Shown: one piece after another, positions 24,682 to 34,650 of the stretch
Position numbering within the stretch: the stretch's first letter is position 1
How the letters are laid out: each line of letters begins with the position of its first letter
NCBI GenBank assembly: GCA_013265495.1
Contig: MU058463.1
Span: 124,001-188,000, forward strand
Source of the DNA: Vicugna vicugna
Taxonomy: Eukaryota
Length of the DNA: 64,000 bases
Reading direction: 5' to 3'
Notes under the pieces: model-generated
Seen by the model: only the letters and a program-made list of their open reading frames with translations
Told to the model about the DNA's origin: nothing
Database searches by the model: none
Position numbers and translations under genes: made by a program

Positions 24682-24994
24682 CTGCACAGTTCAATAAAGA
24701 CATAATGTGAGCCATGTATGTAATTTAATGTTTTCAAGGAGCCACTGAAATTAATTTAAAAGAAGCAGGTGAAATTAGTTTTATCGCTGTAATTTATTTA
24801 ACTGAAAATATCCAAAATATTATTTTAGAGGTAATCAATATAGAATTATTAATGGAATATATGACTTTTTTAATGTTAAGACTTTTAAATTGGGTATGTC
24901 TTTTATACTTTATGGCACATTTCAGCTTGGACTAGCCATACTTCAAGCATTCAATAATCACAATTAGCAAGGTTCTATTGTATTATAGTGCAGC
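24682..24994. mobile_element. MER33/MER3-like non-autonomous hAT element
   Basis: Imperfect terminal inverted repeats CTGCAC...GTGCAG and internal AATGTGAGCCA...GGACTAGCCATACTTCAAG typical of the family as I recall it. Confidence 0.65.
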
Positions 24995-25808
24995 TCTAGA
25001 AAAATACCATTCAAATGATGACAAGAAATAATCTTTTGGATATTCTTTGGATAATTATTCATGTGTTCAGTCATTTAGTATACATTCATTGGCTGCTATG
25101 CCATGAAATCCCCATGACCAAGATAATATTAAGCGTCTACCCGTCAGGTAATGTGACAGCATCTTTATTTCCTGCTACTCCTCCATATTATGTTTTAACA
25201 AACAAACAAAAAACACAAAAGTATTGTACCAGCCATTGGCAGAGTTTGTTTCTACCTTTATGTTCAGTTAGCTCAGTTGGTATAAGGATAAATTTTATTT
25301 GGAAAATCAATTTATTCAAAGGTCTTTGACTTAAGAGCTAGTTAGCTCTAATACAAATGACTAGAATTTACACAAATCTCTTAAATCTCTGAGCCTCAGA
25401 AAGGCTAATTTATAATAAGTATAAAGTCATAATCATAACAACATCACAGGTAATCTATGCATATTAGTCAGAATTGTAACTTTCCTGCTAACATGTTCTG
25501 ATCTTTGGAAACAGTGAATATGAATAGTCACTCTTTTTCTTTTTAACATTTTTTCTTGATTTATAATCATTTTACAATGTTGTGTCAAATTCCAGTGTTC
25601 AGCACAATCCTTCAGTCATTCATGGTCAGATACACACTCATTGTCACATTTTTTTCTCTGTGATTTATCATAACATTTTGTGTATATTTCCCTGTGGTAT
25701 ACAGTGTAATCTTGTTTATCTATTCTACAAATTTGAAATCCCAGTCTATCCCTTCCCACCCTTTACCCCCCTGGTAACCACAAGTCTGTATTCTCTGTCC
25801 ATGAGTCT

Positions 25809-28800
25809 TTAGATTCCACATATGAGCGATCTCATATGGTATTTTTCTTTCTCTTTCTGGCTTACTTCACTTAGAATGACATTCTCTAGGAGCATCCATG
25901 TTGCTGCAAATGGCGTTATGTTGTCGGTTTTTATGGCTGAGTAGTATTCCATTGTATAAATATACCACCTCTTCTTTATCCAGTCACCTGTTGATGGACA
26001 TTTAGGCTGTTTCCATGTTTTGGCTATTGTAAATAGTGCTGCTATGAACATTGGGGTGCAGGTGTCATCCTGAAGTAGATTTCCTTCTGGATACAAGCCC
26101 AGGAGTGGGATTCCTGGGTCATATGGTAAGTCTATTCCTAGTCTTTTGAGGAATCTCCACACTGTTTTCCATAGTGGCTGCACCAAACTGCATTCCCACC
26201 AGCAGTGTAGGAGGGTTCCCCTTTCTCCACAGCCTCTCCAGCATTTGTCATTTTTGGATTTTTGAATGACGGCCATTCTGACTGGTGTGAGGTGATACCT
26301 CATTGTAGTTTTGATTTGCATTTCTCTGATAATTAGTGATATTGAACATTTTTTCATGTGCTTTTTGATCATTTGTATGTCTTCCTTGGAGAATTGCTTG
26401 TTTAGGTCTTCTGCCCATTTTTGGATTGGGTTGTTTATTTTTTTCTTATTGAGTCGTATGAGCTGCTTATATATTTTGGAGATCAAGCCTTTGTCGGTTT
26501 CACTTGCAAAAATTTTCTCCCATTCCGTAGGTTTTCTTCTTGTTTTATTTCTGGTTTCCTTTGCTCTGCAGAAGCTTGTAAGTTTCATTAGGTCCCATTT
26601 GTTTATTCTTGCTTTTATTTCTTCTAGGAGAAAATTTTTGAAATGTATGTCAGATAATGTTTTGCCTATGTTTTCCTCTAGGAGGTTTATTGTATCTTGT
26701 CTTATGTTTAAGTCTTTAATCCATTTTGAGTTGATTTTTGTATATGGTGTAAGGGTGTGTTCTAGCTTCATTGTTTTACATGCTGCTGTCCAGTTTTCCC
26801 AACACCATTTGCTGAAGAGACTGTCTTTATTCCATTGTATATTCTTGCCTCCTTTGTCGAAGATGAGTTGACCAAAAGTTTGTGGGTTCATTTCTGGGCT
26901 CTCTATTCTGTTCCATTGGTCTATATGTCTGTTTTGGTACCAATACCATGCTGTCTTGATGACTGTAGCTCTATAGTATTGTCTGAAGTCTGGGAGAGTT
27001 ATTCCTCCAGCCTCTTTCTTTCTCTTCAGTAATGCTTTAGCAATTCTAGGTCTTTGATGGTTCCATATAAATTTTATTATGATTTGTTCTAGTTCTGTGA
27101 AATATGTCCTGGGTAATTGGATAGGGATTGCATTAAATCTGTAGATTGCCTTGGGCAGTGTGACCATTTTAACAATATTGATTCTTCCAATCCAAGAGCA
27201 TGGAATATCTTTCCATTTTTTAAAGTCTTCTTTAATTTCCTTCATCAATGGTTTATAGTTTTCTGTGTATAATTCTTTCACCTCCTTGGTTAGATTTATT
27301 CCCAGATATTTTATTACTTTGGGTGCTATTTTAAAGGGGATTGTTTCTTTACTTTCTTTTTCTGTTGATTTATCGTTAGTGTAAAGAAAGGCAACTGATT
27401 TTTGAACATTAATTTTGTAACCTGCTACCTTGCTGAATTCTTCGATCAGCTCTAGTAGCTTTTTTGTGGACCTTTTAGGGTTTTCTATATATAGTAACAT
27501 GTCGTCAGCATATAATGACACTTTTACCTCTTCTTTTCCAATTTGGATCCCTTTTATTTCTTTCTCTTGCCTGATTGCTGTGGCTAGGACTTCCAGGACT
27601 ATGTTGAATAGGAGTGGTGATAGTGGGCATCCTTGTCTTGTCCCAGATTTTAGTGGGAAGCTTTTGAGTTTTTCACCGTTGAGAACTATGCTGGCTGTAG
27701 GTTTGTCATATATAGCTTTTATTATGTTGAGATATGTTCCCTCTATACCCACTTTGGCGAGAGTTTTTATCATAAATGGGTGTTGAATTTTATCAAATGC
27801 TTTTTCTGCATCGATTGAGATGATCATGTGGTTTTTGTCCTTTCTCTTGTTGATGTGATGTATTACATTGATTGATTTGCGTATGTTGAACCAGCCTTGT
27901 GTCCCTGGGATGAACCCCACTTGGTCATGATGTATAATCTTTTTTATGTGTTGTTGGATTCTATTTGCTAAAATTTTGGTGAGGATTTTGGCGTCTATGT
28001 TCATCAGTGATATTGGCCTATAATTCTCTTTTTTTGTAGTGTCTTTGCCTGGTTTTGGTATCAGGGTGATGGTGGCTTCATAGAATGAGTTTGGGAGTAT
28101 TCCCTCCTTTTCAATCGTCTGGAAGAGTTTGAGAAGGACTGGTATGAGTTCTTCTTTGTATGTTTGGTAGAATTCCCCGGTGAAGCCATCCGGTCCTGGA
28201 CTTTTATTTGTAGGGAGGTTTTTAATTGCTATTTCTATTTCCTTTCTAGTGATCGGATTGTTCAAGTGTTCAGTTTCTTCTTGATTCAGTTTTGGTGGAC
28301 AGTATGTTTCCAGAAACTTGTCCATCTCCTCTAGGTTATCCAGTTTGGTTCCATATAGTTTTTCATAATATTCTCGTATGATATTCTGTATTTCTATTTT
28401 GTTTGTTGTAATTTCTCCATTTTCCTTTCTTATTTTGCTAATTTGTGCTCTCTCTTTTTTCTTCTTTGTGAGTTTGGCCAGAGGTTTGTCGATTTTATTT
28501 ACTTTTTCAAAAAACCAGCTTTTGGTTTGGTTGATTTTTTCTATGGTCTTGTTAATCTCTATTGTATTTAATTCCTCTCTGATCTTTATTATTTCCTTCC
28601 TTCTGCTGCTTTTTGGGGCTTTTTGTTCTTCTTTTTCTAATTGATTCAGGTGGTGGGTTAACTTGTTTATTTGAGATTGTTCTTCTTTTTTGAGGAAGGC
28701 CTGTATCGCTATAAACTTCCCTCTTAGCACTGCCTTTGCTGTGTCCCATAGGTTTTGAGTGGTTGTGCTTTCATTATCATTTGTCTCAAGGTATTTTTTA

Positions 28801-29606
28801 ATTTCAGCTTTGATTTCCTCATTGATCCATTGTTTTTTCAATAACATATTGTTTAATCTCCATGCTTTTCTTTTTTTCTCCTTTGTTTCTCTGTTGTTGA
28901 TTTCCAGTTTCATGGCATTGTGGTCAGTAAAGATGCTTGAGATAATTTCTATCTTCTTAAATTTGTTGAGGTTTCTTTTGTGTCCAAGTACATGATCGAT
29001 CCTGGAAAATGTTCCATGTGCACTTGAAAAGAATGTATATTCTATTTTTTGGGGGTGTAAAGCTCTGAAAATATCCACCAAATCTAGTTTTTCTATTGTA
29101 GTATTTAATTTCTCTGTTGCCTTGTTTATTTTCTGTCTGGAAGATCTGTCTAGTGATGTTAATGCAGTGTTAAAATCTCCAACTATGATTGTATTCCCAT
29201 CAATATCCCCCTTTATCTCTGTTAGTAATTCTTGTATGTACTTAGGTGCTCCTATATTGGGTGCATATATATTAACGAGTGTAATATCTTCATCTTGTAT
29301 CACTCCTTTAATCATTATAAAATGTCCTTCTTTATCTTTCTTTATGGCCTTTGTTTTAAAGTCTATTTTGTCTGAAATCAGTACTGCAACACCTGCTTTT
29401 TTGGCTTTTCCATTTGCATGGAATATCCTTTTCCATCCTTTCACTCTCAATCTATATGTGTCCTTCTCCCTAAAGTGGGTCTCTTGTATGCAGCATATTG
29501 AAGGTTCTTGCTTTATTATCCAGTCTGCCACTCTATGTCTTTTGACTGGAGCATTTAGTCCATTAACATTTACAGTAATTAATGATAGATGTGTGTTTAT
29601 TGCCAT
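25809..29606 (-). CDS. LINE-1 ORF2p (APE endonuclease + reverse transcriptase + CCHC), uninterrupted, 1265 aa
   Basis: EN motifs NVNGLN, QETH, YAPN, GDFNT, RIDH, TDHN. PCNA-interacting box [10 protein letters not shown] motifs [32 protein letters not shown]-x3-C-x7-H-x4-C knuckle ([18 protein letters not shown]). Confidence 0.98.
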   Translation of the reverse strand: MAINTHLSLITVNVNGLNAPVKRHRVADWIIKQEPSICCIQETHFREKDTYRLRVKGWKRIFHANGKAKKAGVAVLISDKIDFKTKAIKKDKEGHFIMIKGVIQDEDITLVNIYAPNIGAPKYIQELLTEIKGDIDGNTIIVGDFNTALTSLDRSSRQKINKATEKLNTTIEKLDLVDIFRALHPQKIEYTFFSSAHGTFSRIDHVLGHKRNLNKFKKIEIISSIFTDHNAMKLEINNRETKEKKRKAWRLNNMLLKKQWINEEIKAEIKKYLETNDNESTTTQNLWDTAKAVLRGKFIAIQAFLKKEEQSQINKLTHHLNQLEKEEQKAPKSSRRKEIIKIREELNTIEINKTIEKINQTKSWFFEKVNKIDKPLAKLTKKKKERAQISKIRKENGEITTNKIEIQNIIREYYEKLYGTKLDNLEEMDKFLETYCPPKLNQEETEHLNNPITRKEIEIAIKNLPTNKSPGPDGFTGEFYQTYKEELIPVLLKLFQTIEKEGILPNSFYEATITLIPKPGKDTTKKENYRPISLMNIDAKILTKILANRIQQHIKKIIHHDQVGFIPGTQGWFNIRKSINVIHHINKRKDKNHMIISIDAEKAFDKIQHPFMIKTLAKVGIEGTYLNIIKAIYDKPTASIVLNGEKLKSFPLKSGTRQGCPLSPLLFNIVLEVLATAIRQEKEIKGIQIGKEEVKVSLYADDMLLYIENPKRSTKKLLELIEEFSKVAGYKINVQKSVAFLYTNDKSTEKESKETIPFKIAPKVIKYLGINLTKEVKELYTENYKPLMKEIKEDFKKWKDIPCSWIGRINIVKMVTLPKAIYRFNAIPIQLPRTYFTELEQIIIKFIWNHQRPRIAKALLKRKKEAGGITLPDFRQYYRATVIKTAWYWYQNRHIDQWNRIESPEMNPQTFGQLIFDKGGKNIQWNKDSLFSKWCWENWTAACKTMKLEHTLTPYTKINSKWIKDLNIRQDTINLLEENIGKTLSDIHFKNFLLEEIKARINKWDLMKLTSFCRAKETRNKTRRKPTEWEKIFASETDKGLISKIYKQLIRLNKKKINNPIQKWAEDLNKQFSKEDIQMIKKHMKKCSISLIIREMQIKTTMRYHLTPVRMAVIQKSKNDKCWRGCGERGTLLHCWWECSLVQPLWKTVWRFLKRLGIDLPYDPGIPLLGLYPEGNLLQDDTCTPMFIAALFTIAKTWKQPKCPSTGDWIKKRWYIYTMEYYSAIKTDNITPFAATWMLLENVILSEVSQKEKEKYHMRSLICGI

Positions 29607-30003
29607 TTTGAACTTATCTTTGCAGTTGAATTGGTATATCCTCTTTGTTCCTTTCTTCTTCCTTTTGTGGTTTGGTAATTTTCCTTTGTATTATCATGGA
29701 TTTTATTTAATTTTTGTGACTCCCTTGTAAATTTTTGACTTGTGGTTACCCTTTTTTGTAAATCTATTAACCTATACCCGTTTTTAATAAACTGATAATA
29801 ACATGATCTCAAACCCATCCTACTGTTAAAAAAATTTAAAAAAGAAAGAAAAAAAATTCTATATTTCCCTGCCTCCCTCTCCCACTCTCAGTGATTTGTA
29901 TGTCTTCTTTTATAATTTCGTGTTTTCTTTATTTGTAATTCATGAGTTATCACCTTTCCAGTTGTACGTTTCTCATTTCTGTAGCATCCTGCTGCTTTTC
30001 TAT

Positions 30004-30906
30004 TTAGAATAGCCCTTTCAATATTTCTTTTAGCATGGGTTTAGTGTTGCTAAACTCCTGCAGCTTTTTTTTGTCTGTGAAACTCTTTATTTCTCCTTCT
30101 ATCCTAAAGGATAGCCTTGCTGGATAAAGTATCCTAGGCTGCATCTTTTTTTCATTCAGGGCTTTGAATATATCTTGCCACTCCCTTCTGGCCTGTAGTG
30201 TTTGTGTAGAGAAATCAGCTGAGAGCCTTATGGGGGTTCCCTTGTAATTCACTCTTTGCTTTTCTCTTGCTGCCTTTAGAATCATTTCTTTATCCTTGAC
30301 TCTGGCCATCTTGATTATGATATGTCTTGGTGTGGGTCTATTTGGATTCTTCCTGTTTGGGACCCTCTGAGCTTCCTGTACTTGGATATCTGATTCCTTC
30401 TTTAAGTTTGGGAAGTTTTCAGTCATGATTTCTTCAAAAACCTTTTCAATCCCCTTTGATCCTTCTTCCCCTTCTGGGACCCCTATTATGCGAAGATTGG
30501 GACACTTTATATTATCCCATAGGTCCCTTATGCTATTATCATTATTTTTTATTTGCTTATCTTGTAGTTCTTCTGAATGGGTGCTTTCTATTGCCCTGTC
30601 TTCTAGATCACTAATTCATTCCTCTGCATTAACTAGTCGGCTTTGCACAGCTATTAGATCATTCCTCATCTCTGTCAATGAGTTTACCCATACTGCTTGG
30701 CTCTTCTTTATAGCTTCAATTTCATTTTTGACATATTTTATCTCTCTAAGCACTATCTCTTTTAATTCCTTCAGCAATTTGATCACTCCTTTTTTGAAAT
30801 CTTGATCTAGTAGGCTATCGATGTCTATTTCATTGAGCTTTCTTTCAGGGGATTCCTCTTGTTCTTTTAATTGGGAAAGGTTTCTCTGCTTCTTCATCTT
30901 GCTCAT
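30004..30906 (-). pseudogene. LINE-1 ORF1p (300 codons) interrupted by a single in-frame TGA at 30616-30618
   Basis: ORF-track pieces 30616-30906 and 30004-30426 are in the same frame. The gap between them translates open (ISDLEDRAIE...DLWDNIKCPNLRIIGVPEGEE...). The ORF1 motifs ENFPNL, PRHIIIK, REKQ, ARREW and YPARLS are present. Confidence 0.95.
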
Positions 30907-32645
30907 ACCTCTCTGGCACTGTGGTTTATGGAGTATCAGTTGTCTATTTTCGATCTTAATGATTTTATCTATCTAATGCCTATTTATGAATAGAACTTAG
31001 AAAAAAAAGAAAGAAATAATAAGAGAGAGAGAAAGATTTTTAAAAGAAGGGAGAAAGAGGGTTTGAAAACACTGTATAATGAATAATAGAAGAGCGATTT
31101 GAAGCAGAGTATTAATCGGGTTGAGAAGTCCTTTTAAAACCTTTAAAAAAAAAGAAAAAGACAAAAAAAGGGTTGGGGAGATGAATAGATGTATTTGAAG
31201 CCTGTGTCTAATCAATAACAGGACATCAAAACCCAAGAGAAATAGAAATGAATTAAGAAGTAAAAATTAAGAGAGTAAGTGAAAATAGAACAGGTAAAAA
31301 CAGATTTAAGAACAAAACAAAAAACAAACAAACAAAAAAAACAAAAACAAAAATCAAAACAAAACAAAAAAAGGTTTGTCGGTGTTCTCCTGGAGTCTGT
31401 GTGCTTTTAATGTGAAGTCTTTCTGTCTTCGTCCTGTTTTGGAAGCTCAACTTGTTGTTTTCAGAGGCCCTCCATTGGCGCCCTCTTCTGTGCTGCTCCC
31501 AGAACCTGTGGGCAAGCAGATCGCGCCTCCTCCTAACACGGGGTCAGATGCAGCTCTCCTCTGCTGCGGGCGGGCGGGTCACTGCCCCTCCGGATGCCGC
31601 AGTCAGATGTTGCAGACTGGCCAGGCAGGAGGGCGGGTCGTGCCCCCTCCCAGCACCTCGGTCAGAGGCTGTGTTCCTGCCCGACAGGCGGTGGGGCCGC
31701 TCTCCCTCTGCCTGCGCCGCCGGTAGCTCCGCTGCTCTGTGCGGCTGCGTGCTCCGCTCTGGTCGCGCTCCGCGGGTGGGCTCGGGGAAGACCGAGGGGC
31801 AGCCTCATCCCTGCTCCGAGCCAAGACCCAGCTCCTTGTTTGTCTTTGTGGAGCAAGTTCTCTGAGGGACCAGGATGGAAGGATCCCACCTGCCCCGGGC
31901 TGTAGGACCATCTCAGTCTGGCCCTTGAGGCTGCTGAGCCCTTCGATGCGGACGCAGGTTTCGCCCCTGCCCCCGCCTGGGTGCTAAGCGCCGTAGAATA
32001 TGGCAGCTGTGCCTGGGCCCCGCCTCTCTTCCCCTGAAAAGTTTCTGCGGGTTTTCAGAGATGGGGGTATGCACCCTTCCCCCGAGAGCATATCAACCTT
32101 GCTGTCTTATGGAGGGCCCAGGTTGTTCTGTCCTGTACACCCACAGCCATGATGCCCAGCCCCTTGCAGTCCCCCGGGGCTGCCTCCGTGCAGCCGTCCC
32201 CGTCCTCCGCCCAGCTTGTGCAGCGTGGCCCTGCCCGCCGCTGCCAGCCCGCGTCTCAGGCTGGGTGTCGGGGGGACGCTCTGTGCCCGTTTAACTTAGT
32301 TCTGTCAGACAAGGGCTGCTCTGTACAGATCTGAGCCTCGGAGGCTCCCCCCTCCATCCCGCCGGCCTCTCAGTTGGAGATGGGAGACCCAGCAAGCGAG
32401 CGCCAGTCCTCCTTTGCCGCTCCCTCCCCGCGGGACCCGTCCCGTGCTGCTTTGTCTTTTGTTCTTTCTTTTTTCCTTTTCTCCTACCAGATTTTTGGCG
32501 TCTTTATCTTTTGAAGAGGCGATGTTCTGTCGGAGTTCCGCAGGTGCTCTGGTTGGCTGAGTGAGTCTGTAGATGTGGATCTTGGTGTATTTGTGGGAGA
32601 GGGTGACTTACAAGAGTCCTTCTACTCCGCCATCTTGCCTCTTCC
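30907..32645 (-). promoter_or_regulatory. L1 5'UTR internal promoter: CpG-rich segment (~31480-32450) and YY1 site near the 5' end
   Basis: YY1 core CCGCCATCTT on the + strand at 32627-32636 (AAGATGGCGG on the sense strand). CpG density is far above that of the rest of the window. Confidence 0.85.
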
Positions 32646-33894
32646 AATAGTCACTCTTATGATTATATTTTGTTACATAGCAGAGTCGACCTTAAGATAG
32701 GGAGACTATCGATAGACTTGATGTAATCACACAAGAGTTTAGAAGCAGATATATATATATATATATTTTTTTTTTCCCCTGACACTGGCAAGAAACATAA
32801 GAAAGATTGAAAGCAAGGGAAAAATTCTATATGCTCTTGTTGCTTTGAAGAGGTAGTCATTTGAAAGAGATGGTCATTTGAGAAGGGATGCAAGTGGCCT
32901 TGAGGTGCTGAGGAAGACACTATACTGACAGCCATCAAGGAAATGGGAGTAGGTCCTACTTCTGCAAGAAACCGGATTCTGTCAACAATGTGAATGGCCT
33001 TGGAAGCAGACTCTTCCCCAAAAATCGCAAATACTAGCTCAGTGCATTGACACCTTGATTTTGATCTGATGAGATCATGAACAGATAATCTAGTGAGCCA
33101 TGCCAGACTTCTGATTTATAGAACTATGAGATAATAAATTGCTATTGTGTTAAGCCACTAAATTTGTGGTAAATTTATTACAGCGTCAATAGAAAATGAA
33201 TACATCATGAGGACATATCTTTTAACCTATAAACTGTTTTGTATATTTTAGGCATTATGATTGGAACACACAATATATTAGAATCTATCTTTGAATTTTT
33301 TTGCAGATAAATTAACTTTGTTCTATGACCAAATTTAATATCCTAAATACTTCCAGAAGTTTCCCAGACTATGTTATCCTCTTTATAATCATGAACTACT
33401 CGAGATTATTAACAAGCAAATGCAAATCCATTATCACCAACAAATAACCAAAACATTCCATTTCTATTGGGACATATAGAATGTCATTGCCAATATATAT
33501 ACCTTTGATTTCTGTCTCACCTACCATAGCATGGAGAAGGGCAATTCTCTAAAATAATGTCAGGTAATGATGTGAAAGATACTGGTAATGAGATTGGTGA
33601 TAATGATATTTAAAATTAAAGGAAAGAATAATATATTTCTATGAAAGGCTGCTTTATAGTGCTTTTTAGACTCAAGTTAAATATTTCATAAACTACATCG
33701 ATATAAAACATAATCATTGTCATTCTGATATTTAACACCTGTTGCTGAACTTCAATGATTTTTAATGAAATTTAATCTTAATGACTGAGACAAAAAAGAA
33801 GGCTTGATCTGCTTCACTATAGCACATCTTAACATACAGGTTTAGAACATATTGTATTGCAAGAAGCATTCTTCAATGATAATTTTTCATGTGA

Positions 33895-33896
<2 letters not shown>

Positions 33897-33933
<37 letters not shown>
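33897..33933. repeat. (AC)n microsatellite
   Basis: Directly visible. Confidence 0.97.
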
Positions 33934-33935
<2 letters not shown>

Positions 33936-33962
33936 CAAACACACAATGTTTGTTTACCTGGC

Positions 33963-34225
33963 AGTGTCAATTCAGGTCATCTAAGACTCAAAAGCCAACA
34001 TAAGATTAGGAGTACAAGAGATTATTAAGGAAACATCTGATAAAGGTAAAAGGATAAAGGTAAAGGGAGCAGGTGAAGATAAACAAGGGCCTTCAAACCG
34101 TAATTCAGTTCTTAAATGTGAAATAAGAGGAAAGAAGTAAATGGTAGTTTGTGCCCTGGGTTTTAGTACAGTTTTCTAAATGTTCTGTCCATTAAGCAAG
34201 AGTTGTTCATTAGAAGAATTCCACT
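33963..34225. mobile_element. LTR16-like ERVL LTR relic
   Basis: TGTCAATTCAGGTC...AGATTAGGAGTACAAGAGATTATT...AAAGGGAGCAGG matches the recalled consensus. Highly degenerate. Confidence 0.5.
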
Positions 34226-34229
34226 GTGT

Positions 34230-34650
34230 ATGTTTCTGGACTGTCACCTGTTCCCTTAGAGTTTTTTTTTATTACCATACTGTCTTAATTGCTACAGTTT
34301 CTTTATAAAGATCTTGGTATCTGATGATGCAAATCCTCCAGCCTTTTTAAAAAAATTTTTCTTTAAGCTTTGCCCTACAGACCCTGGTTATTTCCACTCC
34401 ATACAAATTTAAAAATTAACTTACATGTTCATGTTTCGTCAAAAATTCAGTTGAGGTTTGAGTAATATTTCATTAAAGATAAAGAATAATTTGAGGAGAA
34501 ATGTCATTTTTTAAGGACATGTTCAACATATAAACATGGAATAATTATCTATCCATTTATTTAGGTATATATGACTAATTTCCCAGTAATATTTTGTAAT
34601 TTCTTATATAGAAAAATTGCATATCTTTGATTAATTTTATTCCTGTTTAA
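34230..34650 (-). mobile_element. Old L1 ORF2 fragment
   Basis: Degenerate similarity to 26930-27310 (TACCATACTGTCTTAATTGCTACAG...TTCCATACAAATTT...TTTATTCCT). Confidence 0.7.

Larger units (their letters stand above)
25536..32645 (-). mobile_element. Full-length LINE-1 retrotransposon (5'UTR, ORF1, ~400 bp inter-ORF spacer, ORF2, 3'UTR, short A-tail)
   Basis: Perfect 13 bp TSD AATAGTCACTCTT at 25523-25535 and 32646-32658. The target 5'-TCTT/AT resembles the L1 endonuclease consensus TTTT/AA. The 5' end reads GGAAGAGGCAAGATGGCGG. The 5'UTR is CpG-rich and ORF1/ORF2 are recognisable in translation. Confidence 0.98.
25460..33204 (+). mobile_element. MLT1 (MLT1E-like) MaLR LTR split by the full-length L1 (pieces ~25460-25535 and 32646-33204)
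   Basis: The rejoined flanks read ...GGAAACAGTGAATATGAATAGTCACTCTTATGATTAT...CCTTAAGATAGGGAGACTATC... and end in the MLT1 terminus AAGCCACTAAATTTGTGGTAAATTTATTACAGCGTCAATAGAAAATGAATACA. Confidence 0.75.

Noticed and set aside
30610..30625. Programmed stop-codon readthrough in ORF1
   Set aside because: The context TGA-ATT is not a readthrough-favouring TGA-CTA, and the paralog has CGA, so ordinary CpG deamination explains it.
26311..30805. Several 65-200 aa plus-strand ORFs
   Set aside because: These are antisense shadows of the L1 ORF1/ORF2 codon structure, Phe/Leu/Ser/Ile-rich and with no recognisable domain.
31376..32334. Antisense ORF0-like ORFs in the L1 5'UTR (and 21698-23129 in the relative)
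   Set aside because: Expected from the scarcity of stops in GC-rich DNA. Starts and frames are not shared between the two related 5'UTRs.
20010..32645. Idea that the ORF1-only element and the ORF2-intact element form a complementing bipartite pair
   Set aside because: The half-L1 ORF1 has frameshifts and is more CpG-decayed (older). Each element has its own TSD, so they are independent insertions and cannot complement today.
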